From Callorhinchus milii (taxonomy: Eukaryota): a stretch of 64,000 nucleotides of DNA. A program made the translations under genes and the position numbers. The stretch is from NCBI RefSeq assembly GCF_018977255.1, contig NW_024704742.1, forward strand, positions 115,694,001-115,758,000, written 5' to 3'. Positions 26,001 through 38,904 of this stretch are shown one piece after another. Each line of letters begins with the position of its first letter. Position 1 is the stretch's first letter. The notes below the pieces were generated by a model. The model worked only from the letters and a program-made list of their open reading frames with translations, had not been told where the DNA came from and searched no databases.

Positions 26001-26369
26001 GGAGCCCAGTAGCTTTGTGGTTAGAACACTCATCTCGCAAGCGAGAGGACCTGGGTTCGATTTCCAGGCAGTGCGAAACGTTGGGCAAGTTTCCTTACTC
26101 ACGCCTCTGTTTATCCAGCAGTAAGTAGGAACCCAGTTGTTAGTCGATTGGTAGATCACTTTTCTGGGGATAATGATCCCTTCAAAAAGAAAAAACAAAT
26201 GTGGTCACTCAATCCACTAGTGTTGTGGGACACTGCTGTGCGTAATTACCTGCTGCATTTTGCCCACAAAATAAACAGTCAACTCACTTTACAGTATATT
26301 CTTTGAAGCGCTTTGAGATGTCTCGAAGACGTAATAAGGCGTTATGTCAAATGCAGGATGATTATTATT
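26001..26369 (+). mobile_element. Full-length tRNA-derived SINE with L2-like tail
   Basis: A box (tagctttgtggttag), B box (ggttcgattt), tail ending in (ATT)n; related copies at 20340 and 38179. Confidence 0.85.
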
Positions 26370-27077
26370 GGTATGCTAGACATGTTTGCTGCTCATTGTG
26401 GCTATATCTTGGAGTATAACGCTGTGCCTAAATAGCTAATAGCTACAGGAAACATATAGTAAGATTCTTTCAATTTCAACATTAAAAATCCCGATCCTAT
26501 TTATTGCTGTATGCAAATAAGTATTTCAAGTGATCTGAATTAACAGCCGATATTGAAGTTATTATTGTATTAGTAATAGTTAGATAAATATAAATATACT
26601 AGCCAGTAGTCCAACTGCACAGATGTATAGAGCCTAACTTTACATAGATCCAACCATAAAAAATAACCAATATATCTATTCATTCCTCAAATTCTAATTT
26701 GATGGTTGGGGTTCCAGAGTATTGGTGTAAAACATTTGGTCCAAATAATGCACTTTTTTTTATCCTGCCAAAAACAGCAGTTGGTGCTCCCTGTTCAAAA
26801 TAGTCCTGCTGTAATATATGCATCAATTTGAAAATTCAACAACAACTTGCATTTATTTAATCTCTCTCGGAGTTCAGACAGATTTAGTATTTAGTGCAAA
26901 CTTGATTGCTTTTTACAATGAGCTAAAAATACTTCTTACAAAACAAATGGCATGGTCTCCACTTGTGGGTCTCCGGTTGCTTCACATTACCATGTAGGAA
27001 GTGCCACCGATTACTTTCTGCTGAAGTGTGTCTGACTACTTTAGTCATGGAATAGTCCTATACCAGGGCATATTATA

Positions 27078-27420
27078 ATACAATACAATTTACATTTATG
27101 TAGCAGCTTTCACATTGGGAGGATGTCTCAAAGTGCTTCACTGTGCTGGATGGACATCTGAGCTGGAGGTGGGAGCAGAGGGGAAAGATGACTGAAGGCA
27201 TGGTAAAAGATGTAGGTTTTGAGAAGGACCTTGAAAGAGGGTAGAGAGGGAAGGAGGCCCAGGAACACTGAGATGGAATTCCAGAGAGTGTGGTCAGAAT
27301 CGCTGAAAGCTCTAACTGATGGTGGGGGTAAAGACATGAAATAGGCCAGTTTCTGCGGAACGAAGGAAGAAGTGGTATGGTTGGAGGAGGTTGCAAAGAT
27401 AGAATGGAGTGAGGTCTTGT
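27078..27420 (-). mobile_element. L2 3' fragment
   Basis: TLWNSI...SFKVLLKTYIF plus tail. Confidence 0.7.
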
Positions 27421-27836
27421 ATGTGGTTTGACTGTATTGCTTGACAAAAAGCTGGAGGATATGGCTGTACAGTGTATTCTATAGACTGATCAAATAATTT
27501 TATCCACACTTTTGTAAAAATTCGCATTGCTTATACACTGTAAGGGAATTTTTGTGTCATTTGTGAGATGATAGGTTGGGGTGAAATTCGCTAGTTTGCA
27601 AATTTACTGCTATTACCAACGTGAGCTTATGATGGAAACTGCTGGGATGTTTCCATCAATTTTGCATGTTGGCTGGGTATGCAACTTTGTCGAATATGCA
27701 CCAGAAGTGTAATGTGACAAAGTTTTCCTCTTTCCTCCAAGGTCATCTGGCCCTCTGTGTGAGGCCATAATAGTTCAATGAGTTTGTTTTAATATTATTG
27801 AGTTTAAATAAAAAAATATTCTTGAATGCTTTTTAC

Positions 27837-28358
27837 GCATGGCCTTTTGTCTTTATCTTGGAGTTTTTCTCTTTACTGAAATAACACATGGATTTTCAAT
27901 ATGAAGGGTAAAGAGATGGTGCTATTCTGGGCAGGGTGTTGCAGCTTGAAGTATGGTAATCCATAGCTAATCATAGAATTAAAGAGGAGCAGTTAAGGGC
28001 ACGGGGAAATATTTTCAGTACTGTATAGAAGCAACAATGGAGGCTCAAAGCAGATTCTATTTTAATCATTGCAAGAGGTCCTTAAAATTGCAAGAATTGA
28101 TGATCAGATTCACTCCAGTTTTCTCCACCAGCACTCCAGCTCAAAGAGTTTCTTGAGGGAGTGCTGAAAAGAAAGGAATTGCTTTTAGTAAGTCAACTGT
28201 CATTCACCATCTTTCAAATTTTACCTCCCACAGCACCACTAGTCCTATAGCATTTCTTCTGTCTGTTTTTTTCCAATACCAATTTACATGATATTGCTTT
28301 AAGCTCTGCAGTTAATGTGCAAAAATCCTCATTACTTACTGGTGCCCATTAAATACAT
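27837..28358 (-). pseudogene. Nested-gene exons 28358-28340 and 28163 to about 27837 (DVFNGH|HTPSRNSLSWSAGGENWSESDHQFLQF*...)
   Basis: gtaagt donor and ttcctttcttttcag acceptor join in phase; the W-S-A-G...Q-F-L-Q motif resembles F5/8-C. Confidence 0.5.
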
Positions 28359-28841
28359 CTTGGTGTAAAGTATGAATAATTATTACAATAATAATAATTA
28401 TTATTATTAAAGTATGATATTAATTCATGTGAAATTTGTGTAGTTTTTGGTGGTAACCTGCACCTGCAAGCTATTTTAGAATCTGAACTGTTACTAAGTA
28501 GTAATTTCAACAGAAACCATGTCAAGATACTTGACTTGGTATGCAAAGTACAGGCTGGCTCCATTGAAAGAAATATCAATATCATTCAGACATGAAAAAA
28601 CAGACAAGAAGCAGCATCTCCCCATCATCCGAACGTCTTGATGTGCTTGTATGTTATTCAACAGTATCATCATTTATCGCAATTAAAACTCAGGGGTGTC
28701 TATCCCTGCTGATGAGTTGTACCTCGTTTTGCTTCCTGTCCACCTCTTCAGCACTGGAGGACCCAACTCTATGATGCCAAGCTGCTCAGGAAGGAAACAA
28801 AATACTCAGTCATTGAAAGGTGCTGTTGACGGAAAGATCTA

Positions 28842-29526
28842 CTGTCTGGCTCTCTGTCTGTCTGGCTCTCTATCGGTCTCTCTGTCTGTCGATCGGTCTC
28901 TGTTTCTATTGTCTGTCGGTCAGTCTCTCTGTCGGTCTGTCAGTCGGTCGGTCTCTCTGTCTGTTGGTCGGACTCTGTCGGTCGGTCTCTCTGTCTGTCT
29001 GTCGGTCGGACTCTGTCGGTCGGTCGGTCTCTTTGTCTGTCGGTTGGTCTCTCTTGTCTGTCTCGGTCGGTCTCTCTTGTCTATCGGTCGGTCTCTCTTG
29101 TCTGTCGGTCGGTCAGTCTCTCTTGTCTGTCGGTCGGTCAGTCTCTCTTGTCTGTCTGTCTCTCTTGTCTGTCGGTCGGTCTCTCTTGTCGGTCGGTCTC
29201 TCTTGTCTGTCGGTCTGTCGGTCTCTTGTCTGTCGGTCGGTCTCTCTGGTCTGTCGGTCGGTCGGGCGATTTCTCTTGTCTGTCGGTCGGTCGGTTTCTC
29301 TTGTCTGTCGGTCGGTCTTTCTTGTCTGTCTGTCAGTCGGTCTTTCTTGTTTGTCTGTCTGTCGGTCGGTCTCTCTTGTCTGTCGGTCGGCCGGTCTCTC
29401 TTGTCTGTCGGTTGGTCTCTCTTGTCTGTCGGTCGGTCTTTCTTGTCTGTCTGTCTGTCGGTCGGTCTCTTGTCTGTCGGTCGGTCTCTCTTGTCTGTCG
29501 GTCTCTCTTGTCTGTCGGTCGGTCTC

Positions 29527-29597
<71 letters not shown>

Positions 29598-31210
29598 GGT
29601 CGGTCGGTGTCTCTGTCAGTCGGTCTCTCTGTCTGTCGGCCGGTTGCTCTGTCTGTCGGTCAGTCTCTCGGTTTGAGTCTTTCTGCTGATCGGTCAGTCT
29701 CGGTCGGTTTGTCTGTTTGTCAGTCGATGTCTGTCTGGTCTCTCTGTCCGTCGGTTGGTCTCTGTCTGTTGGTTGGTTGGTGGGTCAGTCAGTCTGTCGG
29801 TCGGTCGCCCTCTCTGTCTGTCAGTCGGTCACCCTCTCTGTCTGCCGGTCGGTCGTCCTCTCTGTCTGCCGGTCGCTCGCCCTCTCTGTCGGTCGGTCGC
29901 TCGTCCTCTCTGTCGGTCGGTCGCTCGCTCGCCCTCTCTGTCTGTCGGTCGTTCGCCCTCTCTGTCGGTCGGTCGTTCTCTCTTGTCGGTCGCTCTCTCT
30001 GTCTGTCGGTCGCTCTCTCTGTCGGTCGGATGTCTCATGAACAGCGTTATATAAATAGAAGTTTTTGTTTCCTGCCTGTCTGTCAGCCTGTCTTTCTCTG
30101 TCTCTCTGTCTGCCTCTCTGTGTGTCTCTGACTGCCTCCCTGTCTGTCTCTGCCTGCCTCTCTCTATCTGTCTAAGCCTGCCTCTCTATCTGCCTCTCTT
30201 GCTTCTGTCACTCTGCTGCTCTCTGTGACGCTCTTTCTGCGCTGCTGTCTGCCACTCTTTGCACCTCTCTGACTGTCTTCCTACCTGTCCCTATCGGTTC
30301 TCTCCCTCTCTCTTTCTCTCTCTCTCTTATCTGCCCATCTCCCTCTCTTTCTACTTGTCTCTCTCTGTTTGCCTGCCCGTCTCGCCCCCTCTCTATCCTT
30401 CTCCGTCTCGGTCTGCCTGCACGTTTGTCTGCCTGCATACTTGTTTGCCTTCATATCTCTCTGTCTCTCTCTGGCTGACTGCCTTCCTTTCTGCCTCTCT
30501 GGCTGTCTCCCCTCTTGTTTCTCAGTCTTGCTTTTTATCTGCCTTCCTGGCAATCTGCCTGCCCATCCATCTGTCTTCCCGTCTGTCGTCTGCCCTCTTG
30601 TCTGTCTGCCTGCCCTCCTGTCTGTATGTATGATCCCGTCTGTGGGTCTGTCATCCCATTTGTGGGTCTGTCACCCTGTCTGTTTGTCTGCCTGCCTGTT
30701 CCTGTCTGTCTTTCTGTCTTATCTGCCCTCTTGTCCGTCTGTCTACCCTCCTGTCTGTTTGCCCTCATGTCACCCCATCTGTGCATCGGTCATCTTGTCT
30801 GTCCTGCCCGCCCATTTGCTTGCCCGTCTATCCGTCTGTCTTCCCATATGTCTGTCTGACAGTCTGGGTTTCTGCCTGCCTGTCTGTCAACCCTTCTTTG
30901 CTTGCCTGTCTGTCTGTCTCTACCTGCCTACCTATCTATGGGTTTCTGTCTGTCAGGCTCTCTCACTCTCTCTGTGCCTGTGTCTCTCACTCTGTCTGCC
31001 CCCCTCTTTCTCACTGTCTACCTGTCTCTCTCGGTTTCTAACTCTCTCTCTCCGTCTGCTTGTCTCTCTGACTGTCCCTCTCTCTACCTGCCTTTCTCTC
31101 TCTCTCTGACTCTGCCTTGGCTCTGTCTCTGGATTGCTCTGTCTGTGCCCTGGCTCATCTCTCCTTTTCTCTTTCAGTTCTTTCCTTTTCTTTCTGTATG
31201 TGTATGTGCA
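28842..31210. repeat. Compound microsatellite / low-complexity tract (GTCT, GTCG, CT units), about 2.3 kb
   Basis: Directly visible; almost no A on the + strand. Confidence 0.95.
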
Positions 31211-31589
31211 TGTCTGCTCATTAGGCACCGTCATACTTCACGACACTCCTCCTTAACCCCCCCCACCCATCAGCCATTGGCTTCAGACTATTAACCCGCT
31301 CTCTTGAACGACACAAAGTCCCTATAACTTACCCCTTCCCTCAGCTCCTTTAAGATCTGCTTCAAGACTTCCTCTTTAACTGCGCCTGTGATCATCTTAC
31401 CCCACCGACCCACCCACCCCTAGCTCAGATGCAAACCCTGGACTGTCCAGAGCCTTGGGTGGTTGTTCTGACATTACAGGCGCTATTTAAATGCAAATTT
31501 GTTTTTAATGCGTTTGTGTGTGTGTCTCCCTTGTCCGTCTCTCTATTACTTGCCCTCTGTCCATCTCTTCTCTTGCCCTCTGTCTCTCA

Positions 31590-32300
31590 CAAACAATGAG
31601 AGACGGGCATTTTGGGAGAAAGAGAATGGAGTGAATTATACACTGTGTGCTTGGATCTTAATGGAGTTGAGGAACAGAGGGATCTGGGTCACAATGTATA
31701 ATTAAAGAGGCAAACGTGGTTCTAGGGTTTTGTATATAACCGTTAGCTATAAAAGTTATCTTGAATCTAAATAAGGCATTGGTTAGGCCTGCTGCAATAT
31801 TGTGAGCAGTTTTGGATACTACATTATAGAATGGGTGTTTGAGTTGTGGAGAGGATCGGAATAAGAATTATCAAAAATTGAAAGGATATGGCTATGAACA
31901 GGGATGAGAGGTGAGGGTGATATGATACAGTTATTTAAGTTAATGAAAACGTTTGAAAGAATTAAACTTTCTACCAATATAGATTTCAATGACAACAGGA
32001 CATGAATTAAATATTGTGAAAGGCGAATAAAAGGAGAGGTTTGGAATAACTTTCGCCAGAGGACTGTCAGAGAATGGAATGATTTGCCAGGGAGCCTGTT
32101 GAAGCAGTGACGGTTGGGCTTTTGAGAGAGAATTCGATAAACGCACGCAGGGGTCGGGTATGCTAAATAGGTATTCAAGATACAGGGAAAGAGCAAGAGT
32201 TCGGGATTAGAACGGGTCGCTTCTTGGAGGAGCAAACGCCAGTACGAAAACACGGGCTGAATAGCCTCCGACTGTATACTACAATTCTGTGGCTCTATGA
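31590..32300 (+). mobile_element. Degraded CR1 3' fragment
   Basis: gagggatctgggtcac, ggttaggcct and acaggacatgaattaaa motifs with a gggctgaatagcctc tail. Confidence 0.6.
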
Positions 32301-32874
32301 TACGTTTTCCGTTTGCTTATGTACTGCTTACAATTTTCTCCTCTCTGAAATTTTAAATGAGTAAAAGCAACAGGCTATACATGCATATGTATAGAAGGAT
32401 GTGAACATACTTAACTTTTGACGGAAAAAGTGCCACACTGGGGAAGGGAAAGTAGAATAGGCTGCAAACATACAGGTGGTACCAATATTAGATGAATTTC
32501 TAATCTTGAAAAGATGGAGCTGTTGGACACAGTAGTATTTGTAGGGCGCTGGAATGATGAACAGCTTTGTTGTTTGGTCTGGAAATGAAGTGAAGTAATT
32601 AAACCTGATATAATCAAATAAAATAGATTTCGCACTAGCAACGACTTACAACCTATTGTAGATTTGAGCATGGTGCATTTATAATACTGATACATTTCTA
32701 TTTGTACTTTTTGGTTTTAATGAGGAGCCAAAAAGTAGTTATGTAATGATGAATTTTTAATTAACAATATTTTGAAGTAATTATTTTAAGTTTATACTGA
32801 AAATTTACTGCATAAAATCCTGAAAGCCCTGAATACTATATTCATCAATCTCTGAATACTATTTTTTTTTACAG

Positions 32875-33024
32875 ATGAGCCCACCCGGTCCTTGAGTGGT
32901 CTGATTTTGAAGAACAATGTGAAAGCGCATTTACACAATTTTCCAAATGGTGTAACCGACTTCATTAAAAATGAATGTCTGAAAAATATTGGTGACTCCT
33001 CGGCTTTAATTCGAGCCACTGTGG
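32875..33024 (+). CDS. TNPO1: TNPO1 coding exon 3 ([19 protein letters not shown]...LIRATV)
   Basis: cag/gtaagt, 150 nt, phase-consistent. Confidence 0.97.
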
Positions 33025-33847
33025 GTAAGTGTTACAATTTGAAAGGGTTTTTCAGAACTTTTAAAGCGTGTGCATAATTCATACCAACAGAGCAGAGGGT
33101 CTCTTATACATTAGGACATTTTGGATAATGCAAGAGTTACTGGACCAACAACATAATCCTTAATTAATTAGGTCGCAATTGTTTTTGGTACAGGTGAGTC
33201 AAATATTTCAAGAGAAGGAGTGCAAAGTAATCAGTGGATTTTTGCACTAGCAACAACTTACAAGCCATCATAGATTTGAGCAGTGGCTTCAAAAGTCATT
33301 TTAAGTTAACTGAAAGGACTATTAAAAGAAGTAGAGCAACAATAGAAGAAACAGAAATTTGGACGTTCAAATAGCAGCCTTCAAACTCAGTTGATTCAGC
33401 ATCTGATTTTGCCTTTCTGCACCCCACCTTCGGAACTCCGTCCCGGAAATCCTGTGCCTTGCCCCCTTCAAGATCCATCTCCAGACCTTCCTCATTAACC
33501 ATGCCTTCCCATTGCCATTCCTCTCCACTTTCCAGTGCCTTCAGACATCCTCACAATACGAAAGCCGCTATATAAATGTAATTTATTGTTGTTGGAATCA
33601 AATGTATGTATTCAAATTCAGTGGCTCCACTTAACCTTCACATTTAATGGTTTAAAAGAATATGTACCATATCCTATGGTAGGCGGGAGAGGTAGTTTGG
33701 GGCTTCCTGGCGTTAATCATCTGTACTAGTCCAAATTGTTGGTCCTGTCTTTCGATGATACGTAAGACTGAGCGCATGCTTCCTGTTCATAATATCTTAA
33801 TAATATATATATATATACATAATATATATAATAATAATATCTGTTCA

Positions 33848-34210
33848 ATAGCCTCGCCCCACCTTACCTCTGCGACCTCCTAACCCCATACCAACTCGCC
33901 CGTTCCCTCTGCTCAGCCGGCTCTGGCCTGTTCCACATCCCCCGACCCACCTGCCCCACCATTGGCGGGAGAGCCTTCAGCCACTCTGCCCCCAACCTCT
34001 GGAATTCCATCCCCCAATCACTCTGCCCCCCCCCCCCTCCTTAGCCTCCTTCAAGTCCCGCCGCAAGACCCTCCTCTTCGACCATGTCATCGGTCACCCC
34101 CCTTCCCCTCCCTTCCTGACCCCAGCTCAGGTCTGAAATGCTGTACACTGTCCAGCACCTTGGGACGTCCTCCCGACGTGAAAGGCGCTGTACAAATGTA
34201 ATCTTGTTGT
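33848..34210 (+). mobile_element. L2 3' end
   Basis: Close match to the reverse complement of 20620-21000. Confidence 0.8.
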
Positions 34211-35907
34211 GGTTCAAGTGGACATTAAAACATCCTTTGCAACACAACAATGTCCCACAAATAGTCATGAACTGAATAACTTATTTATATGGGGGAGTGT
34301 TGGTCCAGGAGATATTCCCTTATCTTTTGATTAGTGCCATGGGATTGTTAACGTCCACTGAACAGACAGGTGGGACCTCTGACAGATGAGTTGTGTGGGT
34401 AACTGGGCTTCTTGCGGTTCACGCTATTCATCAACGACTAAGAAGGGAGAATTTTGTATTGTCATATAAAATTTGCTGAATCCACCAGGCTATTTGGCAA
34501 GGTGATTAATATAAGATAGAAACATAAAGGACAAACTGAACTAACTAAAACAGATGAGCTGAGAAGTGGATAGCAGATGGATTTTAATGTTGATAAATGC
34601 AAGAAAATTCATAATGGTAAAGGAAACGATATCCATGTATAAATGATGAGGGTCCTTTAGCAGAGGTGTAGAATGAAAAAAATCTAAATGTGATTGATCA
34701 TTCACTGACTTTTCCAATCGATGTGAAGCTGTTAACAAATTTAATTAAATACTAGGTTATATCTCAAGGACATTTGACTATAAATGGAAAGCAGTTATTA
34801 TAACATTGTACAGATGACTAGTAAGCCGCATTGCAGCTTTGGGTCCAGTGCCTTCAAAGGATATTGATATGTTTGAAAGGTTTCAGAAAAGAGCTGCTGA
34901 TGTAAATTATTGATGGTGTGATTCAGCATGATTTCCTTGTGCCACTGAGAGAGGGGCAGTGTCACTCCTGCAAATTGTTGTTGAGGCTGAGTCCATAACT
35001 GAGCAAGGGGGTGGGGGTTAGTAGGCCATTCAGCCCCTCAGGCCTGTTACACCATTATAGTAGATTTTGGCTGATCTGTACCTCAACTCCATTTACCAGC
35101 CTTTTCTCCACACCCTTACCTAACAGGAATAGGGAGGTGACCAAAGACATAGGTTTTTAGGTGGCTTTTGAAGATAGAAAAGGGTGGTGAGAAGGATAGG
35201 TTGAAGGAGGGAGTTCCAGTGGGTTCTGCTTCCACCCTCGACTACATGACTACTTCTGTCCTGACAGAATGTCCTGTCAGACATCAAATCCTGGGTGAGA
35301 GCCAATTTTCTCCAGTTAAATGTCGACAAGATTGAGGTGTCTTGTTCGACTCTCAATTGTCTTAGATCCTACATCTGTCCCATGATCCGTTCTGCCTTTC
35401 GACACCTCTGCAACATTGCCTACCTCCCATGACTGTCTCTCCCCTCAGGCTGCTGAGACCCTCATCCATGCCTTCAATATGTCCAGGTTTAACTACTAAC
35501 TCCCTGCTCGCTGGACATCGGTGGTCCAGTCTTTAGCCTTGTTAGCCCTCCCCCCACCCCCGAAACTCCATTGTGGAGCATTGCCGCCTTCGACCATGCC
35601 TTCGGTCATTTTCACACCCAACTAACCCCCCCTTGCTCTATCCCTCTTGATTCCAAACCCCAGCTTGAGTGCCAATCAAAACCGCTACATAAATGCAATT
35701 TTGTTGTTGTTGTTGGTTTGGATACTATTGAGTATCGTGTTGAATTTCTACATTTGTCAGATACCTGGCTGACCCGAAAAAGTATGCTTCGCCTAGACCT
35801 TAAAATTTCTTCAAAGGAACGTGAACTGTTTCGTATTGCATTCTAATTTGTAGGTGAGTCTGTGCCATAAATGTTTTAATAATTTTCTATTTTGTTGCCC
35901 TTTACAG

Positions 35908-36014
35908 GTATTCTGATTACTACAATAGCCTCAAAAGGTGAACTACAGAACTGGCCAGACCTCTTACCAAAGCTCTGTAGCCTTTTGGATTCAGAAGACT
36001 ATAATACCTGTGAA
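35908..36014 (+). CDS. TNPO1: TNPO1 coding exon 4 ([20 protein letters not shown]...YNTCE)
   Basis: cag/gtaagt, 107 nt. Confidence 0.97.
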
Positions 36015-38178
36015 GTAAGTTTTGTTTTAGATCAGGCATTTTAAGTGATGCAAAAGCAACTGGTAATTTTAGTCTAAAGGCTGAAGTATTGCACTGTATT
36101 CACTTTGGGAAGGAATGTGATCTATGGTAGCCAAATTAGAAAACGATCTAAGCATTTCCTACAGACTAGACTAAATGTAGTTAGTCTTTCTATAACTCAA
36201 GAAGGGGTTTCAAAAGTAAGAAAGTGACAGTCCCTCTACTGTTAGAATCGCTTATGAAATTTCAGCAAGTTTATATCTATTTAACTCTGGGATATGGGTT
36301 CAGTGATGTGCATTTTCTCTTTGCCCTGTAGTTGGGGGAACTATTTTAACTGATGAAATTTATTGGAGAAATGAGTTGAAATCATGAAATGAATTGGGAA
36401 GTGCAAATCTAAGTCTGGTGTGCACAGAGCATAAAAATGTCCATTATTGAGTACAAATTAGCAATAACTTTCTTAGCTGCTGTGGCAAATTAAAAAGTTC
36501 ATCCTGATGCAGTAACAGTATTTGTGATTGAAATTGAGGAGGGAAAACTTTTTTACTCAGTCTCTTTATAGTTTGATCCTGATAGTGTTTGCTGAAAATA
36601 TTTCCCAGCACTCGTATTTTCCATCTTGGCTAGAAAAAATTACAACCTTTTAGTATCAATAAATATTTGTTAACATCAGGTGATTTGTACTTATGGAAGG
36701 AAAAAAAGACCGAAACTGAGAAGCAAAATTTGTTCAAAACCATTCTCTAAACGTTTCAATGAATTTACTGCAGTGATCCTGATCGAGCCAACAAGCTGCT
36801 CAGCGATCATCTCTCCTCCACTTTCAATTCCCTTGCCCCACTTGAAAATCCAGACTGTCTCCAAATCCACCCACTCGGCTCTGGTACAACAGCTACCTCC
36901 ACTCCCTTAAATCCCAAACCCGGATGCTCAAACCCAGATGACACAAAACCCTAAAGGTTTGTGGAGGCTAGAGGAAAAAGAATGTTTTAAATTTGAGCTA
37001 AATTAGGAAGCAGAAAAAATAAAGTGCAATTAGAAAAGACTTGATTTCGACAGAAAAATAGTGGAGAAAGAAAGAATTTAGTTTAATTTGTTATAAAATT
37101 GCATTAACTACTTGTTTAGCATTCCTGAGCACATTGATTATGATGTCCAAAATTGATAAGCCCAAGTGACAAGAATTTCCTTGGCTCTGCTGACAGTCCA
37201 CACGTTTAGATCACTCCAGTTTGAATTGCCTGCATGTAAATTTATTATTCAGCTTTGCAGTTGCTAAATTCAGCAATAAAGTTTATCCCTTTTCAGGAAA
37301 TAGCCAGCAAATCTAAGATGGTTAGAGATGATGAGGAACATGCTTTAATCATTTTGTAATTCATTATTAACTAAGTGTCCTGCAACAGTCGGCTAGTATT
37401 AAATTACAAAATGATTGATTATCTGTATTAGTAATAAAAACGATCCTAATCTGTGTTGGTTCAGTGTAGCCACTTAATAAGTGAGGTTATGCCTGATGTT
37501 GGCTCTTGGCAACATCCTAGCTGAATTATCGGAATGAAATAAGGATACAGGGAATTAACAATTTATTAACTTTTTTAAAAAGATGCCTAATTTAAGCTAG
37601 CACTGCCTATTTAAATATCTGTTATACGTAACTATGACAGCAGTGAAACTTATTTTGTTTGCAGTTGTCATTCTTCTTACCTAGCCTTTAAAACAACAAT
37701 CTGCATTTAAAAAAAATACATTCATGGGATTTCATGTTTGTTATAATTGGTATAGTTATAAAAAGAGTTGGTGTATTGTCACCATTTTTTTGGATTGTTG
37801 AAATCCTGCTAAATTGCATTGCTTTGAAATTTATCTTTCTTCAGTTCAATAAAATTTTATACTTTTAAAGCGCTTTTCACGAACTAAAGCATTTGACAAT
37901 TCTGAGCTGGGGGGAGCGTAAAAATAACCAAAAATGGGGTCAAAGAGATACATTTTGAGGATATGTTATTCCTACTGCAAGTTGAAGTAAATTGGGTTTA
38001 AATCAACGTAGATCAAACCACTTAAAGCTTTCAATCCTTTTCAAGACTGCAGTAATACAGCATGAAAATACTAATTGGATATTTGTTCCAAGGATTTTTA
38101 TAAATTGAAGTTCACAATTCTACTTCATAAAATTCTTGACATTTGCAAATGAAACAATTTCCAATGAGGGAGGTATGT

Positions 38179-38540
38179 AATAATAATATTTCTTGCATTT
38201 GAAATAGCACCTTATCACGTCGTTGAGAAGTCTCAAAGCGCTTCACAGAATATTTTGTAAAGTTTATTTTGTGAGCAAAACGCAGGAGCCAAGTGCGCAC
38301 AGCAGTGTCCCCCACAAAGAGTCATGGATTGAGTGACCAAATTGTTATTATTTTTTAAGTAATTGTTATCCCCAGAAAGCGATCCACCAATCGACTAACA
38401 ACCGGGTTCCTTCTTACTGCTGGTAAACAAAGGCGTGTGGAGCAAGGAAACTTGCCTAAGGTTTTGCCGTGTCTCAGGTATTGAACTCGGATCCTCTCGC
38501 TTGCGAGGCGAGCGTATTAACCACAATGCTATAGGACTCT
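38179..38540 (-). mobile_element. Full-length tRNA-derived SINE
   Basis: Reverse copy of the 26001-26369 element. Confidence 0.85.
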
Positions 38541-38716
38541 ACATGTATTTATAACATTAAGTACGTTAATATTTTGTCTTCAATACTAAATGGAGGTACT
38601 CAGATTGTTAACTTATAAACCAGGAGAGCTATTTTTCTTTACAATTGTAGTGCAATTCTAAGTCTGTAAATAATTCAAAATGTCCTTCTCTAATTAGACA
38701 AATCACAAATGAATTA

Positions 38717-38902
38717 CAGTAAACTCCTGATAACTTATGATTCCAAGGGAAAAGAGCTCAGTGACAAGTTATCGGGACTGGATAGTTAGCCATATTTATA
38801 AATACATAAATAAATGCAGCCTGGATATTAGCAGCATGATGACTTAAGACAACTTAACTTAGTGACAAGTTAAGACAGGGTCAGGTAATCAGGAGTTTAC
38901 TG
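38717..38902. mobile_element. Tigger-type MITE
   Basis: TIRs CAGTAAACTCCTGATAAC / GTAATCAGGAGTTTACTG (1 mismatch), TA on the left. Confidence 0.75.
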
Positions 38903-38904
38903 AG

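Larger units (their letters stand above)
5080..28673 (-). pseudogene. Candidate nested antisense multi-exon pseudogene (F5/8-type-C-like and COLFI-like modules) in the large TNPO1 intron
   Basis: Many minus-strand segments start at pyrimidine-rich AG acceptors. Several consecutive junctions are phase-compatible. Frames are long with scattered stops, and motifs resemble discoidin/COLFI by eye. Confidence 0.6.

Noticed and set aside
26001..26075. tRNA gene
   Set aside because: The tRNA-like sequence is the head of a multicopy SINE with body and L2-like tail.
28900..30030. CRISPR-like or other repeat-spacer array
   Set aside because: No unique spacers; simple-sequence repeat in a eukaryotic intron.
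28696..31294. Long ORFs (up to 327 aa) rich in S/V/C/L/R
   Set aside because: Artefacts of an A-poor microsatellite that cannot form stop codons.
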